From Muribaculaceae bacterium (GTDB taxonomy: Bacteria; Bacteroidota; Bacteroidia; Bacteroidales; Muribaculaceae), in NCBI GenBank assembly GCA_051871795.1, contig JBJEDE010000033.1:16354-80353 (forward strand): 64,000 bases of DNA, in the 5' to 3' direction. Every line of letters begins with the position of its first letter. The stretch's first letter is position 1. The notes under the pieces are model-generated. The model saw nothing but the letters and a program-made list of their open reading frames with translations. It was not told the DNA's origin and searched no databases. Made by a program: the position numbers and the translations under genes. Below, piece after piece: positions 27,373 through 37,717 of this stretch.

Positions 27373-30039
27373 TCAGCTGCGGCGGCCGGTGTGGAAGAGG
27401 TGGCTGACGCTGTGGAGGAATGGTGACATGCCGGCGAGGTATCCGTATTGCCGCACCCGTGTGTAGCTCAGGCACAGACGTTTGCCGGCGCGCGATATGG
27501 CCACGTAGAGTTTGCGGGCGTCTTCTTTGATCTGGGCGCGTGCCCGTTGTTTCATTTCGGTCGTCGAATATGGCGAGCGGAGCACGTTGTCGGCCGTGAA
27601 GTAGGGATATGTGCCGTCGTTGACTCCGAGCACGACCACGTTGTCGAATTGCAGACCTTTGGCTTTGTGCACGGTCATGATGAAGAGGCGGTCGGTGATG
27701 AGTTCGTCGGAGTTGACGAGGTCGCCTTCGTTGATTGAGACGGTGAGGTCGCGGATGTGCGCCGACACTTGGTCGAAGAGTGTGCCGGGGCTGTCGCGTT
27801 GCACCCATTCGCTCTGTACGTATCGGAGGAATATGTCGAATTTGGGACCGATTTCGTCGATCAGCCCTTGCTCTGTGAGGGTGCGGCAGGTGAAAGCGAG
27901 GTCGTCGGCTATGGTTCGCCCTGTGACACTGACGGGGAGGTGGAGGTAGGACGTGATGTTGGAGCGCAGGGGCGCTATTTTGCCGAGGCGGGCGGCTATC
28001 AGCTGAGTGGAGCGGTTGGCGATGAATTGTTCCTGAGCTCGGAGCACGCCGGCTGCCTGTGCCATGCAGTGGTCGAGCAGCGAAAGTGTGGCTTCGATGT
28101 CGGCGTCGGCCAGATGGGCATTTTCGCCTTGGAGCCCGAAAGTGTCGACAAGTGATGCGAGAGTATATTTTTTCAGCTCGGGAGCCACGAGCTTGGCGAG
28201 GCTGAGAGTGTCGAAGGTAGTGAACGTTACGTCTTCTTGCAGCTCGCGGGCGCAGTTGTTGCGCAGCATCAGATAGTCGTAGGTGATGTTGTGTCCTATC
28301 AGGGGCAGAGAGCCGGTGTAGTCGAGGAAGAGGCGTAGGCCTTCGGCACGGTCCATGTGCGGCCGGGAGGCATATTCGGCTATCAGCGGATTGGGCAAGT
28401 CGCCGAGCATTTCGGGCAGCTCGCGGTCGGTATGGAGTATGATATTGAAGTCCGAGCCGGCCACTTTTTTTCCGTTGCGTATCTTGAAGGCTGCAATCTG
28501 CACGATGTCGTCTTCGAGTACGTTGAGTCCGGTGGTTTCGGTGTCGAAGACAACGGCTTCGCCGCCGGTGTATAGCTCGTAGACTTGACGTATATAAGGC
28601 TTGTGGCGGAGCAGGTCGGAGGGGGTGAGCATGAGCGAGCGCATGGCATGGACCTTGTCGCGGGTGGCAATCTGAGTGCGCAGGCAACCGAGGCCGTAGA
28701 GCAAGCGGGTCCATGCTCCCATGTCGAAGTCGTTGACTATTACCGAATAGAGCGCCGTGAGTGTCTTGTAGGCTTTGGAGCGGAACATATCGGTGCCGGA
28801 AATTTTGAAATTGCTTTTGCCGGCGGCGGTGAGTGCTTCGCTGATTGCGTCGGCCTGAGCGTTGCACGACACGAGTATGGCCATGCGTTCTTTGCCGGCA
28901 GTGTCGAGTTTGAGATAATAGTCGACCATGCCTTCGATGCGCCGTGCTTCTTTCTCCGGGTCTTCCGACTCGGTGAGGATGAGGTCCAGAGGGCGGTGCG
29001 GCTCGTCGCGGACGGCCCGGGGGAGGATTTCCGGCGAGACGCCGAGCACTTGCTCTGCGTAGGTGTTGCACACATCGAGCAGGTATGAGGGGGCGCGGTA
29101 GTTGGACGAGAGGGTGAGTACGTGGCCGTGGCAACGCTTACGGAGGATGTCGAGGTTGCTGAGCTTGGCGCCCATGAATGAGAATATGGCCTGCTGCTCG
29201 TCGCCCAGATACATTGCCGTTGCGCCGGGCGCGGTGAGCTCGTCGGCGATGGCGAGCTGGAGGCGGTTGAGGTCCTGCACTTCGTCGATCTGTATCCAGC
29301 TGTAACGGATGTGGTCGGTGTGCGTGACCATGTGGTCGTAAGCGAGCACGAGCAGGTCGGCGAAGTCGAGCGCGGTGTGCGATTTTTTGTAGGCGGAATA
29401 TTGCAGGGCGCAGGTCAGGGCCTGGTGTTGGGAGGGAATAAGCTGCGGGTCGAAGTTGTAGCGCCCGGCGATGTCGTAGAAGTACGAAAAATCGCGGGTG
29501 AGAAAATCGCCCGACTTTGTGTCGAGCACGCCCGGGCCGGAGGGAAGCACGCTTTCGGGGTGTCCCATGCGCCGCTGGTCAATGTAGGTCGCGAGGCCGG
29601 AGATGTAGTTTATCGCGTTGCGGTTGATGTTGCCGGTGCGGTAATGCACCAGGGTGCTGTTGAGGTCGGAGATGATTTCGGTCTGGTCGTCGTCGTCGAG
29701 GATGTAGGCGTTTTCGGGTATGACTTCGTTGTTGATGAGGTATATCGAGCAGTAGCGGTGCAGGTTGCCGATGAAAATATCCAGTTCGTTGCGCTTGGCC
29801 TCGAGACGCTCGCACACACGGTTGAGCATACCTCGCGAGGCACGGTTGGTGAAGGTGAGGCACAGCATTTCTTCGGGTTTCACGCCTCGGTCGAGAGCGC
29901 GGGCGATGCGTTCGGCGAGAATTTCGGTTTTGCCGCATCCTGGAGGGGCGAGTACGAGATATTTGCCGTCGTGAGCCTCGATGGCTTGCATTTGCAGTGT
30001 GTCGAATTCTTTATTCATAGGTATATCAGATTTTGTCAT
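27373..30039 (-). CDS. UvrD/Rep-type SF1 helicase with an embedded DnaQ-like DEDDh 3'-5' exonuclease domain
   Basis: Start trimmed to MTKSDIPMNKEF (30039). Helicase motifs are 'APPGCGKT', 'TFTNRAS', 'IQIDEVQDLN', 'SSNYRAP', 'TVHKAKGLQFDNVVV' and 'LYVAISRAGKRL'. The exonuclease 'VVFDTETTGL...IGHNITYDY...AHLADADIEAT' lies between motifs IV and V. Confidence 0.85.
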   Translation of the reverse strand: MTKSDIPMNKEFDTLQMQAIEAHDGKYLVLAPPGCGKTEILAERIARALDRGVKPEEMLCLTFTNRASRGMLNRVCERLEAKRNELDIFIGNLHRYCSIYLINNEVIPENAYILDDDDQTEIISDLNSTLVHYRTGNINRNAINYISGLATYIDQRRMGHPESVLPSGPGVLDTKSGDFLTRDFSYFYDIAGRYNFDPQLIPSQHQALTCALQYSAYKKSHTALDFADLLVLAYDHMVTHTDHIRYSWIQIDEVQDLNRLQLAIADELTAPGATAMYLGDEQQAIFSFMGAKLSNLDILRKRCHGHVLTLSSNYRAPSYLLDVCNTYAEQVLGVSPEILPRAVRDEPHRPLDLILTESEDPEKEARRIEGMVDYYLKLDTAGKERMAILVSCNAQADAISEALTAAGKSNFKISGTDMFRSKAYKTLTALYSVIVNDFDMGAWTRLLYGLGCLRTQIATRDKVHAMRSLMLTPSDLLRHKPYIRQVYELYTGGEAVVFDTETTGLNVLEDDIVQIAAFKIRNGKKVAGSDFNIILHTDRELPEMLGDLPNPLIAEYASRPHMDRAEGLRLFLDYTGSLPLIGHNITYDYLMLRNNCARELQEDVTFTTFDTLSLAKLVAPELKKYTLASLVDTFGLQGENAHLADADIEATLSLLDHCMAQAAGVLRAQEQFIANRSTQLIAARLGKIAPLRSNITSYLHLPVSVTGRTIADDLAFTCRTLTEQGLIDEIGPKFDIFLRYVQSEWVQRDSPGTLFDQVSAHIRDLTVSINEGDLVNSDELITDRLFIMTVHKAKGLQFDNVVVLGVNDGTYPYFTADNVLRSPYSTTEMKQRARAQIKEDARKLYVAISRAGKRLCLSYTRVRQYGYLAGMSPFLHSVSHLFHTGRRS

Positions 30040-30053
30040 GTATGTGGCGGGAA

Positions 30054-31115
30054 TCAGAGGCAGAGCCTCATGCCTGTGAGGCGGCTTCTGTATTCCGGAT
30101 TGAGCAGATTGCGCCGAGAAGTGCGGCAGTCGATAAGAGGTGAGTCGTAAGAGCCTCCGCGCACCACGCGGTGCGTACCCTGTGGAGGTCCCGACGGGTC
30201 GGTATGTCCTGATGCCGATGCGTAGGAGTTGTAGTAGAGGTCGGCGCACCATTCGCCCACGTTGCCGCTGAGGTCGTAGATGCCGAGTTCGTTGGGACGC
30301 TTCATGGCCACGCAGTGTGAGCGGCCGTCGGAGTTGAGCCGGTGCCAGATGCAGTTGTCGGCGTCGGAGTGACCGCAACCGGCGTATTTTGTCATTTTGG
30401 ATAGCTTGCCGCCGCGTGCTGCATATTCCCACTGAGCCTCGGTGGGGAGACGGAACGGCCGTCCGGTGGCCTCGCCGAGCAGCCGGCAGAATTCCTGACA
30501 TTCGTCCCAGGTGACTCGCTCAACCGGGAGGTCGGCTCCTCTGCAGAAACTCGGATTGTCGTGCATCACGGCCTCCCACAGCCTCTGAGTCACGGGTCGG
30601 TCGCACAGGAAGAAGTCGGTGAGCGTGACACTCACCGATGGGCGCTCGTCGTAGTTGGCGTCCATGCCCTGCTCGAATGTCGCGCCTAACGAGAATGTGC
30701 CTCCGGCCACGCGCACCATTCTTATCTCCGAGTCGCCGAACGTTATGCCGAGAATGTCGGCTATGGCGTTCTCAGCTATGTCGGGAGGGGCTTCGATGTC
30801 TCCGTCGATGAGCGACAGGGCGGCGGCCACGCATCGCACGGCATAGTCGCACAGCGCGCGGTCGTAGCCTTGGGCGGTGAGCCGAGCGGTGACGGTAACG
30901 ACAGAAGAGGTGTGGTCGGTGCCCGGCCGAAGGGCTTCCTGATAGAGGCTTTCGGTGAGCCCGCGGTCGATCATTGTGAGCATGATGTTGCGCAGCGCGC
31001 CTGTTTCCCAGCTGTGGTAGTCGGAGAGATAACCGGCGAGCCGGCGCGAGCGCACAATCTCGATTCCGTAGGCCGCTACGGCATCGCAGATGCTTTTATG
31101 CAGTGCGGATTGCAT
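30054..31115 (-). CDS. Cytoplasmic FGE/SUMF1-domain protein with an unknown ~130-aa N-terminal domain
   Basis: 'RVTWDECQEFCRLLGEATGRPFRLPTEAQWEYAARGG', 'GNVGEWCADLY' and 'RVVRGGSY'. No signal peptide. 14-nt gap to the helicase start. Confidence 0.8.
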   Translation of the reverse strand: MQSALHKSICDAVAAYGIEIVRSRRLAGYLSDYHSWETGALRNIMLTMIDRGLTESLYQEALRPGTDHTSSVVTVTARLTAQGYDRALCDYAVRCVAAALSLIDGDIEAPPDIAENAIADILGITFGDSEIRMVRVAGGTFSLGATFEQGMDANYDERPSVSVTLTDFFLCDRPVTQRLWEAVMHDNPSFCRGADLPVERVTWDECQEFCRLLGEATGRPFRLPTEAQWEYAARGGKLSKMTKYAGCGHSDADNCIWHRLNSDGRSHCVAMKRPNELGIYDLSGNVGEWCADLYYNSYASASGHTDPSGPPQGTHRVVRGGSYDSPLIDCRTSRRNLLNPEYRSRLTGMRLCL

Positions 31116-31133
31116 TTTACGGTATTGCGGTTG

Positions 31134-31472
31134 TTATCGGTTGGTCGAGTCGATGGCGGCGAGCAGTCCGGTGAGCTGCGTGCGTATGCTTTGCAGCCGC
31201 TCGATGGCACGGTGCCGGCGGCTTACACCGCTGTGGTTGTGGCGTATCATCTCCTGTGCCACATCGAGCTTTATGCCGCGCTCTTTGACCAGATAGTGCA
31301 CCATGCGTATCTTTTCGATGTCGGCGGGTGAGTAGGTGCGGGTGCCTCCGGCGGTGCGCCGTGGCTTGATGATGGTGAACCGGTTTTCCCAGAAGCGCAG
31401 CGTGGAGGTCGGTATGCCGAGTATTTCGGCCACTTCCGAGATTTTGTAATAGCGTTTGTCGAGGTCGGGCAT
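31134..31472 (-). CDS. MerR-family transcriptional regulator
   Basis: 'YKISEVAEILGIPTSTLRFWENRF...GGTRTYSPADIEKIRMVHYLVKERG'. Confidence 0.85.
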   Translation of the reverse strand: MPDLDKRYYKISEVAEILGIPTSTLRFWENRFTIIKPRRTAGGTRTYSPADIEKIRMVHYLVKERGIKLDVAQEMIRHNHSGVSRRHRAIERLQSIRTQLTGLLAAIDSTNR

Positions 31473-31515
31473 GGGTATCAGGAATCAGGATTTTTTTGTG
31501 GTGGTGGGGAGGGTG

Positions 31516-32484
31516 TCAGTCCATGACGTGGCCGGCGTTTTCGGCCTGGCGTATCATTTCGTCGTATTGTGCGGGAGTGAGGTCGTAGAAGTAGTAGTTT
31601 ACAGGGTTTTGTGGCTTGGAGCGGAAGCGCACTTCGTAGTGGAGGTGCGGACCGGTCGATTTTCCGGTGTTGCCCACTTGTCCGATGAGTTCGCCACGCT
31701 CTACGTTCTGGCCCTCCCGGACGCTTATTTTCGACAGGTGGGCGTAGCGTGTGGTGTATTGGTATCCGTGGTCAATCTCGATGAGGTTGCCGTAGCCGCT
31801 CTGCCATCCGGCGAAGACTACGCGGCCTCGTCCGGTGGCGTAGACGGGAGTGCCGACGGGGCAGGCAAAATCCATGCCTTCGTGAAATTTAGAAGTGCCG
31901 TATACGGGGTCGCGGCGATAGCCGTAGCCGGAAGCCATCTGTCGCAGTTTGCTCTCCGATACGGGCTGTATGGCAGGGATATTGTTTATGCGGTCGCGCT
32001 GCGAGAAAGCGAGGTCCCGCAACTCGTCGAATGAGCGTATCTGTGAGTAGACCTGATAGCTGAGGCGGTCGATTTTTGCAGCCACGGCGTCGACGGCGGC
32101 ATCGGCGTCGGAAATGGAGTCGGTGATGCTGCCCCGACGCTCAAGTCCGGCGTATCGTCTGGCGTCGGTCACGGGGTCGGCTTGCATCATCACGCGGTAG
32201 AAATTGTTGTCTCGGGCCTCGATGTCCTCCATCACGGCAATAGCTTCGTCGGCCTGCCGGGAGAGCTCGTCAAGGCGCGAGTGCAGGTGATTGTTCTCTT
32301 GGCGCAACATCCTCTCTTTGGGCATGTCGAAGAGCAAATATGCCGCCGACAGAAGCGCGGTGGCCACAGCGGCGCCGATGAGCCCGTGACGCAACACTGC
32401 CCGCAGGCGCTTCATGGCTGTGGGGTAGACTCGTTCGTATTGCCCGGTCAGAGGATTGTATTTATAATACGTATTACGCGACAT
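31516..32484 (-). CDS. M23-family metallopeptidase
   Basis: 'HEGMDFACPVGTPVYA' and 'VGNTGKSTGPHLHYEV'. N-terminal TM and coiled coil. Confidence 0.9.
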   Translation of the reverse strand: MSRNTYYKYNPLTGQYERVYPTAMKRLRAVLRHGLIGAAVATALLSAAYLLFDMPKERMLRQENNHLHSRLDELSRQADEAIAVMEDIEARDNNFYRVMMQADPVTDARRYAGLERRGSITDSISDADAAVDAVAAKIDRLSYQVYSQIRSFDELRDLAFSQRDRINNIPAIQPVSESKLRQMASGYGYRRDPVYGTSKFHEGMDFACPVGTPVYATGRGRVVFAGWQSGYGNLIEIDHGYQYTTRYAHLSKISVREGQNVERGELIGQVGNTGKSTGPHLHYEVRFRSKPQNPVNYYFYDLTPAQYDEMIRQAENAGHVMD

Positions 32485-32521
32485 AAGGACCGGTAAAGTT
32501 GCAAAAATCAGAAAAAAAAAC

Positions 32522-32529
32522 TACCTTTG
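32522..32529 (+). promoter_or_regulatory. -7 promoter box (TACCTTTG) for alaS
   Basis: TAnnTTTG, 75 nt upstream of the alaS ATG. Confidence 0.5.
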
Positions 32530-32545
32530 CGGTGATTTTCAGCCA

Positions 32546-32553
32546 CAAAGGTA
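32546..32553 (-). promoter_or_regulatory. -7 promoter box (TACCTTTG) for the M23/MerR string, divergent from alaS
   Basis: TAnnTTTG, 62 nt upstream of the ATG at 32484. Confidence 0.5.
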
Positions 32554-32603
32554 ATAAAAAATTTCCAAGGATTAAACACTAAGGTTAAATTTATCAAGCG
32601 ACA

Positions 32604-35225
32604 ATGTTAACAGCCAAAGAAATACGCGAATCATTCAAAGAATTTTTTCGCTCCAAAAATCATAAAATAGTGCCGTCGGCTCCGATGGTGATTAAGGATG
32701 ACCCCACTCTGATGTTCACCAACGCCGGCATGAATCAGTTTAAAGATATTATTCTTGGCAACGTGGTGCCCAAATCCCGGCGTGTAGCTGACTCGCAGAA
32801 GTGTCTGCGCGTATCCGGCAAGCACAACGACCTCGAAGAGGTGGGCCACGACACCTACCACCACACCATGTTCGAAATGCTCGGCAACTGGAGCTTCGGC
32901 GACTATTTCAAGAAAGAGGCCATCGACTGGGCCTGGGAATACCTCGTCGACGTGCTCAAACTCAGTCCCGAACGTCTCTATGCGACCGTATTCGAAGGTT
33001 CGGCCGACGACGGACTGAGCCGCGACGAGGAGGCCGCCGAAATCTGGCTCCGTCACCTGCCCGCCGATCATATCATCAACGGCAACAAGCACGACAACTT
33101 CTGGGAGATGGGCGAAACCGGCCCCTGCGGTCCCTGCTCCGAAATCCACATCGACCTCCGCCCCGAAGAAGAACGTAAAGCCGTCCCCGGCGCCGAGATG
33201 GTGAACAAAGACCACCCGCAGGTGATTGAAATCTGGAATCTCGTCTTCATGCAATACAACCGTAAAGCCGACGGCTCGCTCGAGCCGCTGCCCGCCAAGG
33301 TCATTGACACCGGCATGGGATTCGAACGCCTGTGCATGGCCCTCCAAGGCAAGACATCCAACTACGACACCGACGTCTTCACTCCCCTCATCGACAAAAT
33401 TTCCGCCCTCTCGGGCAAAGAATACGGAAAGGACCACATGACCGACGTGGCTATGCGCGTAATAGCCGACCACGTGCGCACCATTGCCTTCTCAATCGCT
33501 GACTCGCAACTCCCCGACAACGCCAAGGCAGGATACGTGATACGCCGCATCCTGCGCCGAGCCGTGCGCTACGCCTACACGTTCCTGGGTCAGAAGCAAG
33601 CCTTCATGTACCGCCTCGTCGACACGCTCATCGACTCGATGGGCGACGCCTACCCCGAAATCAAAGTGCAGCGCGAGCTCATCATGCGTGTAATCAAAGA
33701 AGAAGAAGATGCCTTCCTGCGCACGCTCGACAACGGCATCCGTCTGCTCGACAACGCCATCGAAGCAGCGCACAAGGCCGGACGCACCGAAATCTCAGGC
33801 GACGAAGCATTCACGCTCTACGACACCTACGGCTTCCCCCTCGACCTCACCGAGCTCATCCTCAAAGAGAAGGGCATGACCCTCGACCACGAAGCCTTCG
33901 ACCGTAACATGCAGGCTCAGAAACAGCGCGCGCGCAACGCCGCTGCCGTCGAAGCATCCGACTGGGTAGTGCTCCGCGAGGGCGAACAGCAATTCGTGGG
34001 CTACGACGAAAACTCCGTCGAGGCGCACATCCTCCGTTACCGCCACGTAAAACAGAAAAACAAAGAATACTACCAGATAGTGCTCGACCGCACCCCCTTC
34101 TACGCCGAAATGGGCGGTCAGCTCGGCGACCGAGGCACACTGACCTCACCCTCAGGCCATGTGACCGAAATCTTCGACACCAAGCGCGAGAACGGTATGG
34201 GCGTACAGCTTGTCGCCAAGCTCCCCGAAAATCCGGAGGAGACGTTCACCGCCGCCATCGACTGCAAGGCACGTCTGGCCACTTCGTGCAACCACACGGC
34301 CACTCACCTGCTGCACTATGCCCTGCGTCAGGTGCTCGGCACACACGTGGAGCAGAAAGGCTCTTACGTGTCGCCCGAAGTGCTCCGCTTCGACTTCTCG
34401 CACTTCCAGAAGCTCACACCCGAAGAAATACGCCGCGTCGAACATCTTGCCAACGCTCTGGTGCGTCAGGCCATACCCCTCGACGAGTGCCGCAATATGC
34501 CCATCGCTGAAGCACGTAAAATGGGCGCCATGGCTCTCTTCGGCGAGAAATACGGCGACGAAGTGCGCGTGATACGCTACGGCGACTCTGTCGAGCTCTG
34601 CGGCGGCACACACGTGGCCAACACCGGCAACATAGGCATGATACGCATCGTCTCGGAGAGCAGTATCGCAGCCGGCATCCGCCGTATCGAGGCTGTCACG
34701 GCCGAAAACCTCGAAAACGACATGGATGACAAGGCCGACATACTCAAAGCTATCTCCGCTCTCTTCAACAACGCTCCCGACGTGGTGGCCGCTATCCGCA
34801 AATCGATGGAAGAGAACAGCACCCTGCGCAAAAACGCCGAGAAATACTTCAGCGAGCGTGTGGCAATGCTCACCGAGCAAGCGCTTGCCGCCGCCGAAAC
34901 CATCAACGGTATCAAAGTAGTGTCGATGATAGGCAACCGTGTGCCCGAAGTGGTCAAAAACGTAGCTTTCGGTGTCCGCGCCGCATCACCCGAAGACACA
35001 GCCTTTATCGCAGCCACAGTAGATGCGTCGGGCAAACCGCTGCTCACTGTCATGCTCACCGACAACATCGTAAAATCCGGCAAAAACGCCTCGGCTATCG
35101 TGCGCGAAGCAGCCAAGGCCATCAAGGGCGGAGGCGGCGGTCAGCCCGGTTTCGCTCAGGCAGGCGGCAAAGACGCATCCGGCATCGAACGCGCCTACGA
35201 GCTCCTGCGCGCCGCGCTCGTCTGA
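32604..35225 (+). CDS. alaS: Alanine--tRNA ligase
   Basis: 873 aa. '[16 protein letters not shown]', '[11 protein letters not shown]' and editing-domain '[16 protein letters not shown]'. Confidence 0.97.
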   Translation: MLTAKEIRESFKEFFRSKNHKIVPSAPMVIKDDPTLMFTNAGMNQFKDIILGNVVPKSRRVADSQKCLRVSGKHNDLEEVGHDTYHHTMFEMLGNWSFGDYFKKEAIDWAWEYLVDVLKLSPERLYATVFEGSADDGLSRDEEAAEIWLRHLPADHIINGNKHDNFWEMGETGPCGPCSEIHIDLRPEEERKAVPGAEMVNKDHPQVIEIWNLVFMQYNRKADGSLEPLPAKVIDTGMGFERLCMALQGKTSNYDTDVFTPLIDKISALSGKEYGKDHMTDVAMRVIADHVRTIAFSIADSQLPDNAKAGYVIRRILRRAVRYAYTFLGQKQAFMYRLVDTLIDSMGDAYPEIKVQRELIMRVIKEEEDAFLRTLDNGIRLLDNAIEAAHKAGRTEISGDEAFTLYDTYGFPLDLTELILKEKGMTLDHEAFDRNMQAQKQRARNAAAVEASDWVVLREGEQQFVGYDENSVEAHILRYRHVKQKNKEYYQIVLDRTPFYAEMGGQLGDRGTLTSPSGHVTEIFDTKRENGMGVQLVAKLPENPEETFTAAIDCKARLATSCNHTATHLLHYALRQVLGTHVEQKGSYVSPEVLRFDFSHFQKLTPEEIRRVEHLANALVRQAIPLDECRNMPIAEARKMGAMALFGEKYGDEVRVIRYGDSVELCGGTHVANTGNIGMIRIVSESSIAAGIRRIEAVTAENLENDMDDKADILKAISALFNNAPDVVAAIRKSMEENSTLRKNAEKYFSERVAMLTEQALAAAETINGIKVVSMIGNRVPEVVKNVAFGVRAASPEDTAFIAATVDASGKPLLTVMLTDNIVKSGKNASAIVREAAKAIKGGGGGQPGFAQAGGKDASGIERAYELLRAALV

Positions 35226-35263
35226 GAGATTTGCGACTTATAACCGAATTTCCTCTCCCTTAA

Positions 35264-36466
35264 ATGAAAATCAATCCACTCATCAACTTTCTGCACCGGC
35301 AACTGCTGTCAGCGGCGTCTGCCGGTGCGGCTTTTTGCCAAATATCTGTCGTAACCGCACTTGCGATGCTGACGGTGTCGTGCTCGGACAACGAGCCGGA
35401 GCCGCCTGTGGTCGACACAACCCGTACGGTATTGGTATATATGGTGGCTGCCAACGATTTAGGTTCGGTCGGGCTCGACACCGACGATATCGAAGAGATG
35501 CGGCAGGCCGCACGTGAGGGACACTTCGGCAAGTCGCGCCTGTTGGTCTATCATGCCCCGTATTCAGGTGATGCTCAGATCAAAGAAGTGCTCGCCGACG
35601 GCACGGTGACGGCGCTTAAGACTTATCCTTCCGGCACGGCGTCGGTATCGGTCGAACGTATGCGGCAGGTGATTGCCGACACCAAATCGGCCGCTCCCGC
35701 CTTAGATTACGGCATGGTGCTCTGGAGCCATTCATCAGGATGGATAGTCGACGGCATAGAAGACAACCCATCCGCTAAGGGTTTGTGTTACTCCTACGGC
35801 TTGGACGGCGGACGCACCATGAACATTGCCTCTCTGCGACGTGCCATAGACGATGCCGGACTGTCGTTTATCTACTTCGACTGCTGCCTGATGGGCGGTG
35901 TAGAGGTGATGTACGAGTTGCGCCGAGCCGTGGACAAGGCAGTGGTGAGCGCAGCCGAAGTGGCTTTGCCCGGTATGCCTTATCATCTGAGTCTCCGCTA
36001 CCTGATGTCGCCCGAAGCCGACCTTGTGAAGGCAGCCGAGACTACATATCGCTATTACGAAAGCTTCACGTCGCTCTACGACCGCAGCTGCACCATATCG
36101 GTCATTGACCTCACTGCTCTCGAAGCACTGGCGGCAGCAACGCGCGGCATCTACGCCACATCCCCGGTGCCGGTGCCGGAGGGATATGAAAAGAAGTCAT
36201 ACACCGAGCGCGATACATATTATTTTGATTTCGCCGATTATATCGACGCTCTCGCCGCCGGCGACGTAGCTGCGCGCAGGGCATGGCACGATGCTTTCGA
36301 CCGTGTGGTGGTCTACAAAGCGGCCACTCGATATTTCCAGTCGGTGGTTGACCTCTCGCATCACAGCGGGCTCTCTACCTATATTTTTACCTCTGCCGAC
36401 GGCGCTTCGGCCCGGGGCTACGACACCACCGGCTGGTACTCCGACGTGGCTTCGGCACTTTTGTGA
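35264..36466 (+). CDS. Clostripain-family (C11) cysteine peptidase, lipoprotein/secreted
   Basis: 'VLVYMVAANDLG', 'MVLWSHSSGW' (catalytic His) and 'IYFDCCLMGGVEVMYEL' (catalytic Cys). Confidence 0.7.
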   Translation: MKINPLINFLHRQLLSAASAGAAFCQISVVTALAMLTVSCSDNEPEPPVVDTTRTVLVYMVAANDLGSVGLDTDDIEEMRQAAREGHFGKSRLLVYHAPYSGDAQIKEVLADGTVTALKTYPSGTASVSVERMRQVIADTKSAAPALDYGMVLWSHSSGWIVDGIEDNPSAKGLCYSYGLDGGRTMNIASLRRAIDDAGLSFIYFDCCLMGGVEVMYELRRAVDKAVVSAAEVALPGMPYHLSLRYLMSPEADLVKAAETTYRYYESFTSLYDRSCTISVIDLTALEALAAATRGIYATSPVPVPEGYEKKSYTERDTYYFDFADYIDALAAGDVAARRAWHDAFDRVVVYKAATRYFQSVVDLSHHSGLSTYIFTSADGASARGYDTTGWYSDVASALL

Positions 36467-36552
36467 ACCCTATGCCCGAGACTCGGGTTATATAATTGTC
36501 GGCATCCTTTGCCGAATGTCTGTTACAATAAGCGCTTCCTTCAATTATCGGT

Positions 36553-37653
36553 ATGTTTTTCGCTCAAAATCCGCTCAACCCCATAGCTGTCCCCGATTCT
36601 GTGCCCGACAAGGCACAGGAGATTGAAATGCTCAAATCTCTGCCGTTCGACGAGCTGATGCAACACCTGGTGCAGGGTGTCGTATCCCTCGCCATCAACA
36701 TAGTTGTGGCTGTTATAGTCTTCTATGTCGGCAAATTCGTGATTACACGCATCCAGTCGCTGGTGGTCTCGATTATGATAAAACGACGCGCCGAGCGTTC
36801 GGTGGTGACATTCGTGTCGTCGCTGGTGCGCATCACGCTCTATTTCCTGCTCATAATCGTAGTCATCGGCATCCTCGGCATCGAAACGTCATCGTTTATC
36901 GCTCTCTTCGCTTCGGCCGGCGTCGCAATCGGCATGGCTCTGAGCGGCACGCTGCAAAATTTTGCTGGTGGCGTACTTATTCTCTTTATAAAGCCTTATA
37001 AAGTAGGTGATTACATTGAGAGCGGAGGGTTCGCCGGCACTGTGGCCGAGATACAGATTTTCCACACTATCATTGTCACCCCCGACAACAAGTCGATACT
37101 TATCCCCAACGGCGTGCTTTCCAACGGCTCAATCAACAACTGGAGCCGCGAGGATTACCGGCGCGTTGACTGGACCGTGTCGATATCTTACGGCGACGAT
37201 GTAGAGACAGCACGCAACACGATACTCGAGTTGCTCCGTGCCGACGAGCGTGTGGTGCAGCGATATATCGAAGACGATATCGAAGAGGAAATCCGCGAGA
37301 CGGAAGAAGCTGCGGCCGCCGTGCCTGAACATGAAAATCACGGCTGGTTGTGGAGGCTCTTCCACTCGCAGCGTTCGCAGGCATCGCAGCTGATGAAGAA
37401 GTGGGAGAAAAATGCCGCGCAGAAGCAGAGTATGCGCATGCCGAAAATTGACCGCAGCCCTATAGTCAAGGTAGGCGCGCTGGCCGACAGCTCGGTCAAC
37501 CTCACTGTGCGCGCCTGGACACGCAAAGAGAACTACTGGGACCTCTATTGGGATGTAAACGAGCGCATCTATACACTCCTTCCGGCCGCAGGCATCAACT
37601 TCCCGTTCCCGCAGATGGACGTGCACCTGAGCCGCCCGACAGCAGGCGCATAG
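36553..37653 (+). CDS. MscS-family mechanosensitive channel
   Basis: 'KVGDYIESGGFAGTVAEIQIFHTIIVTPDNKSILIPNGVLSNGSINNWS', with three preceding TM helices. Confidence 0.85.
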   Translation: MFFAQNPLNPIAVPDSVPDKAQEIEMLKSLPFDELMQHLVQGVVSLAINIVVAVIVFYVGKFVITRIQSLVVSIMIKRRAERSVVTFVSSLVRITLYFLLIIVVIGILGIETSSFIALFASAGVAIGMALSGTLQNFAGGVLILFIKPYKVGDYIESGGFAGTVAEIQIFHTIIVTPDNKSILIPNGVLSNGSINNWSREDYRRVDWTVSISYGDDVETARNTILELLRADERVVQRYIEDDIEEEIRETEEAAAAVPEHENHGWLWRLFHSQRSQASQLMKKWEKNAAQKQSMRMPKIDRSPIVKVGALADSSVNLTVRAWTRKENYWDLYWDVNERIYTLLPAAGINFPFPQMDVHLSRPTAGA

Positions 37654-37671
37654 CTAAATAGCTAAAACAAC

Positions 37672-37704
37672 AAAAGTGCCGGACGGCCTCGCCCGGCACT
37701 TTTT
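37672..37704. terminator. Bidirectional terminator between mscS-like (+) and der (-)
   Basis: aaa-AGTGCCGG-acggcctcgc-CCGGCACT-tttt. Confidence 0.7.
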
Positions 37705-37717
37705 GTGCGGAGAGTAA

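Noticed and set aside
30040-30501. The N-terminal extension of the helicase ORF, which makes it 1042 aa in the ORF track.
   Set aside because: It overlaps the 3' end of the FGE-domain gene in another frame and is Arg-rich and motif-free. The helicase Walker A motif follows closely after the internal MTKSDIPMNKEF start at 30039.
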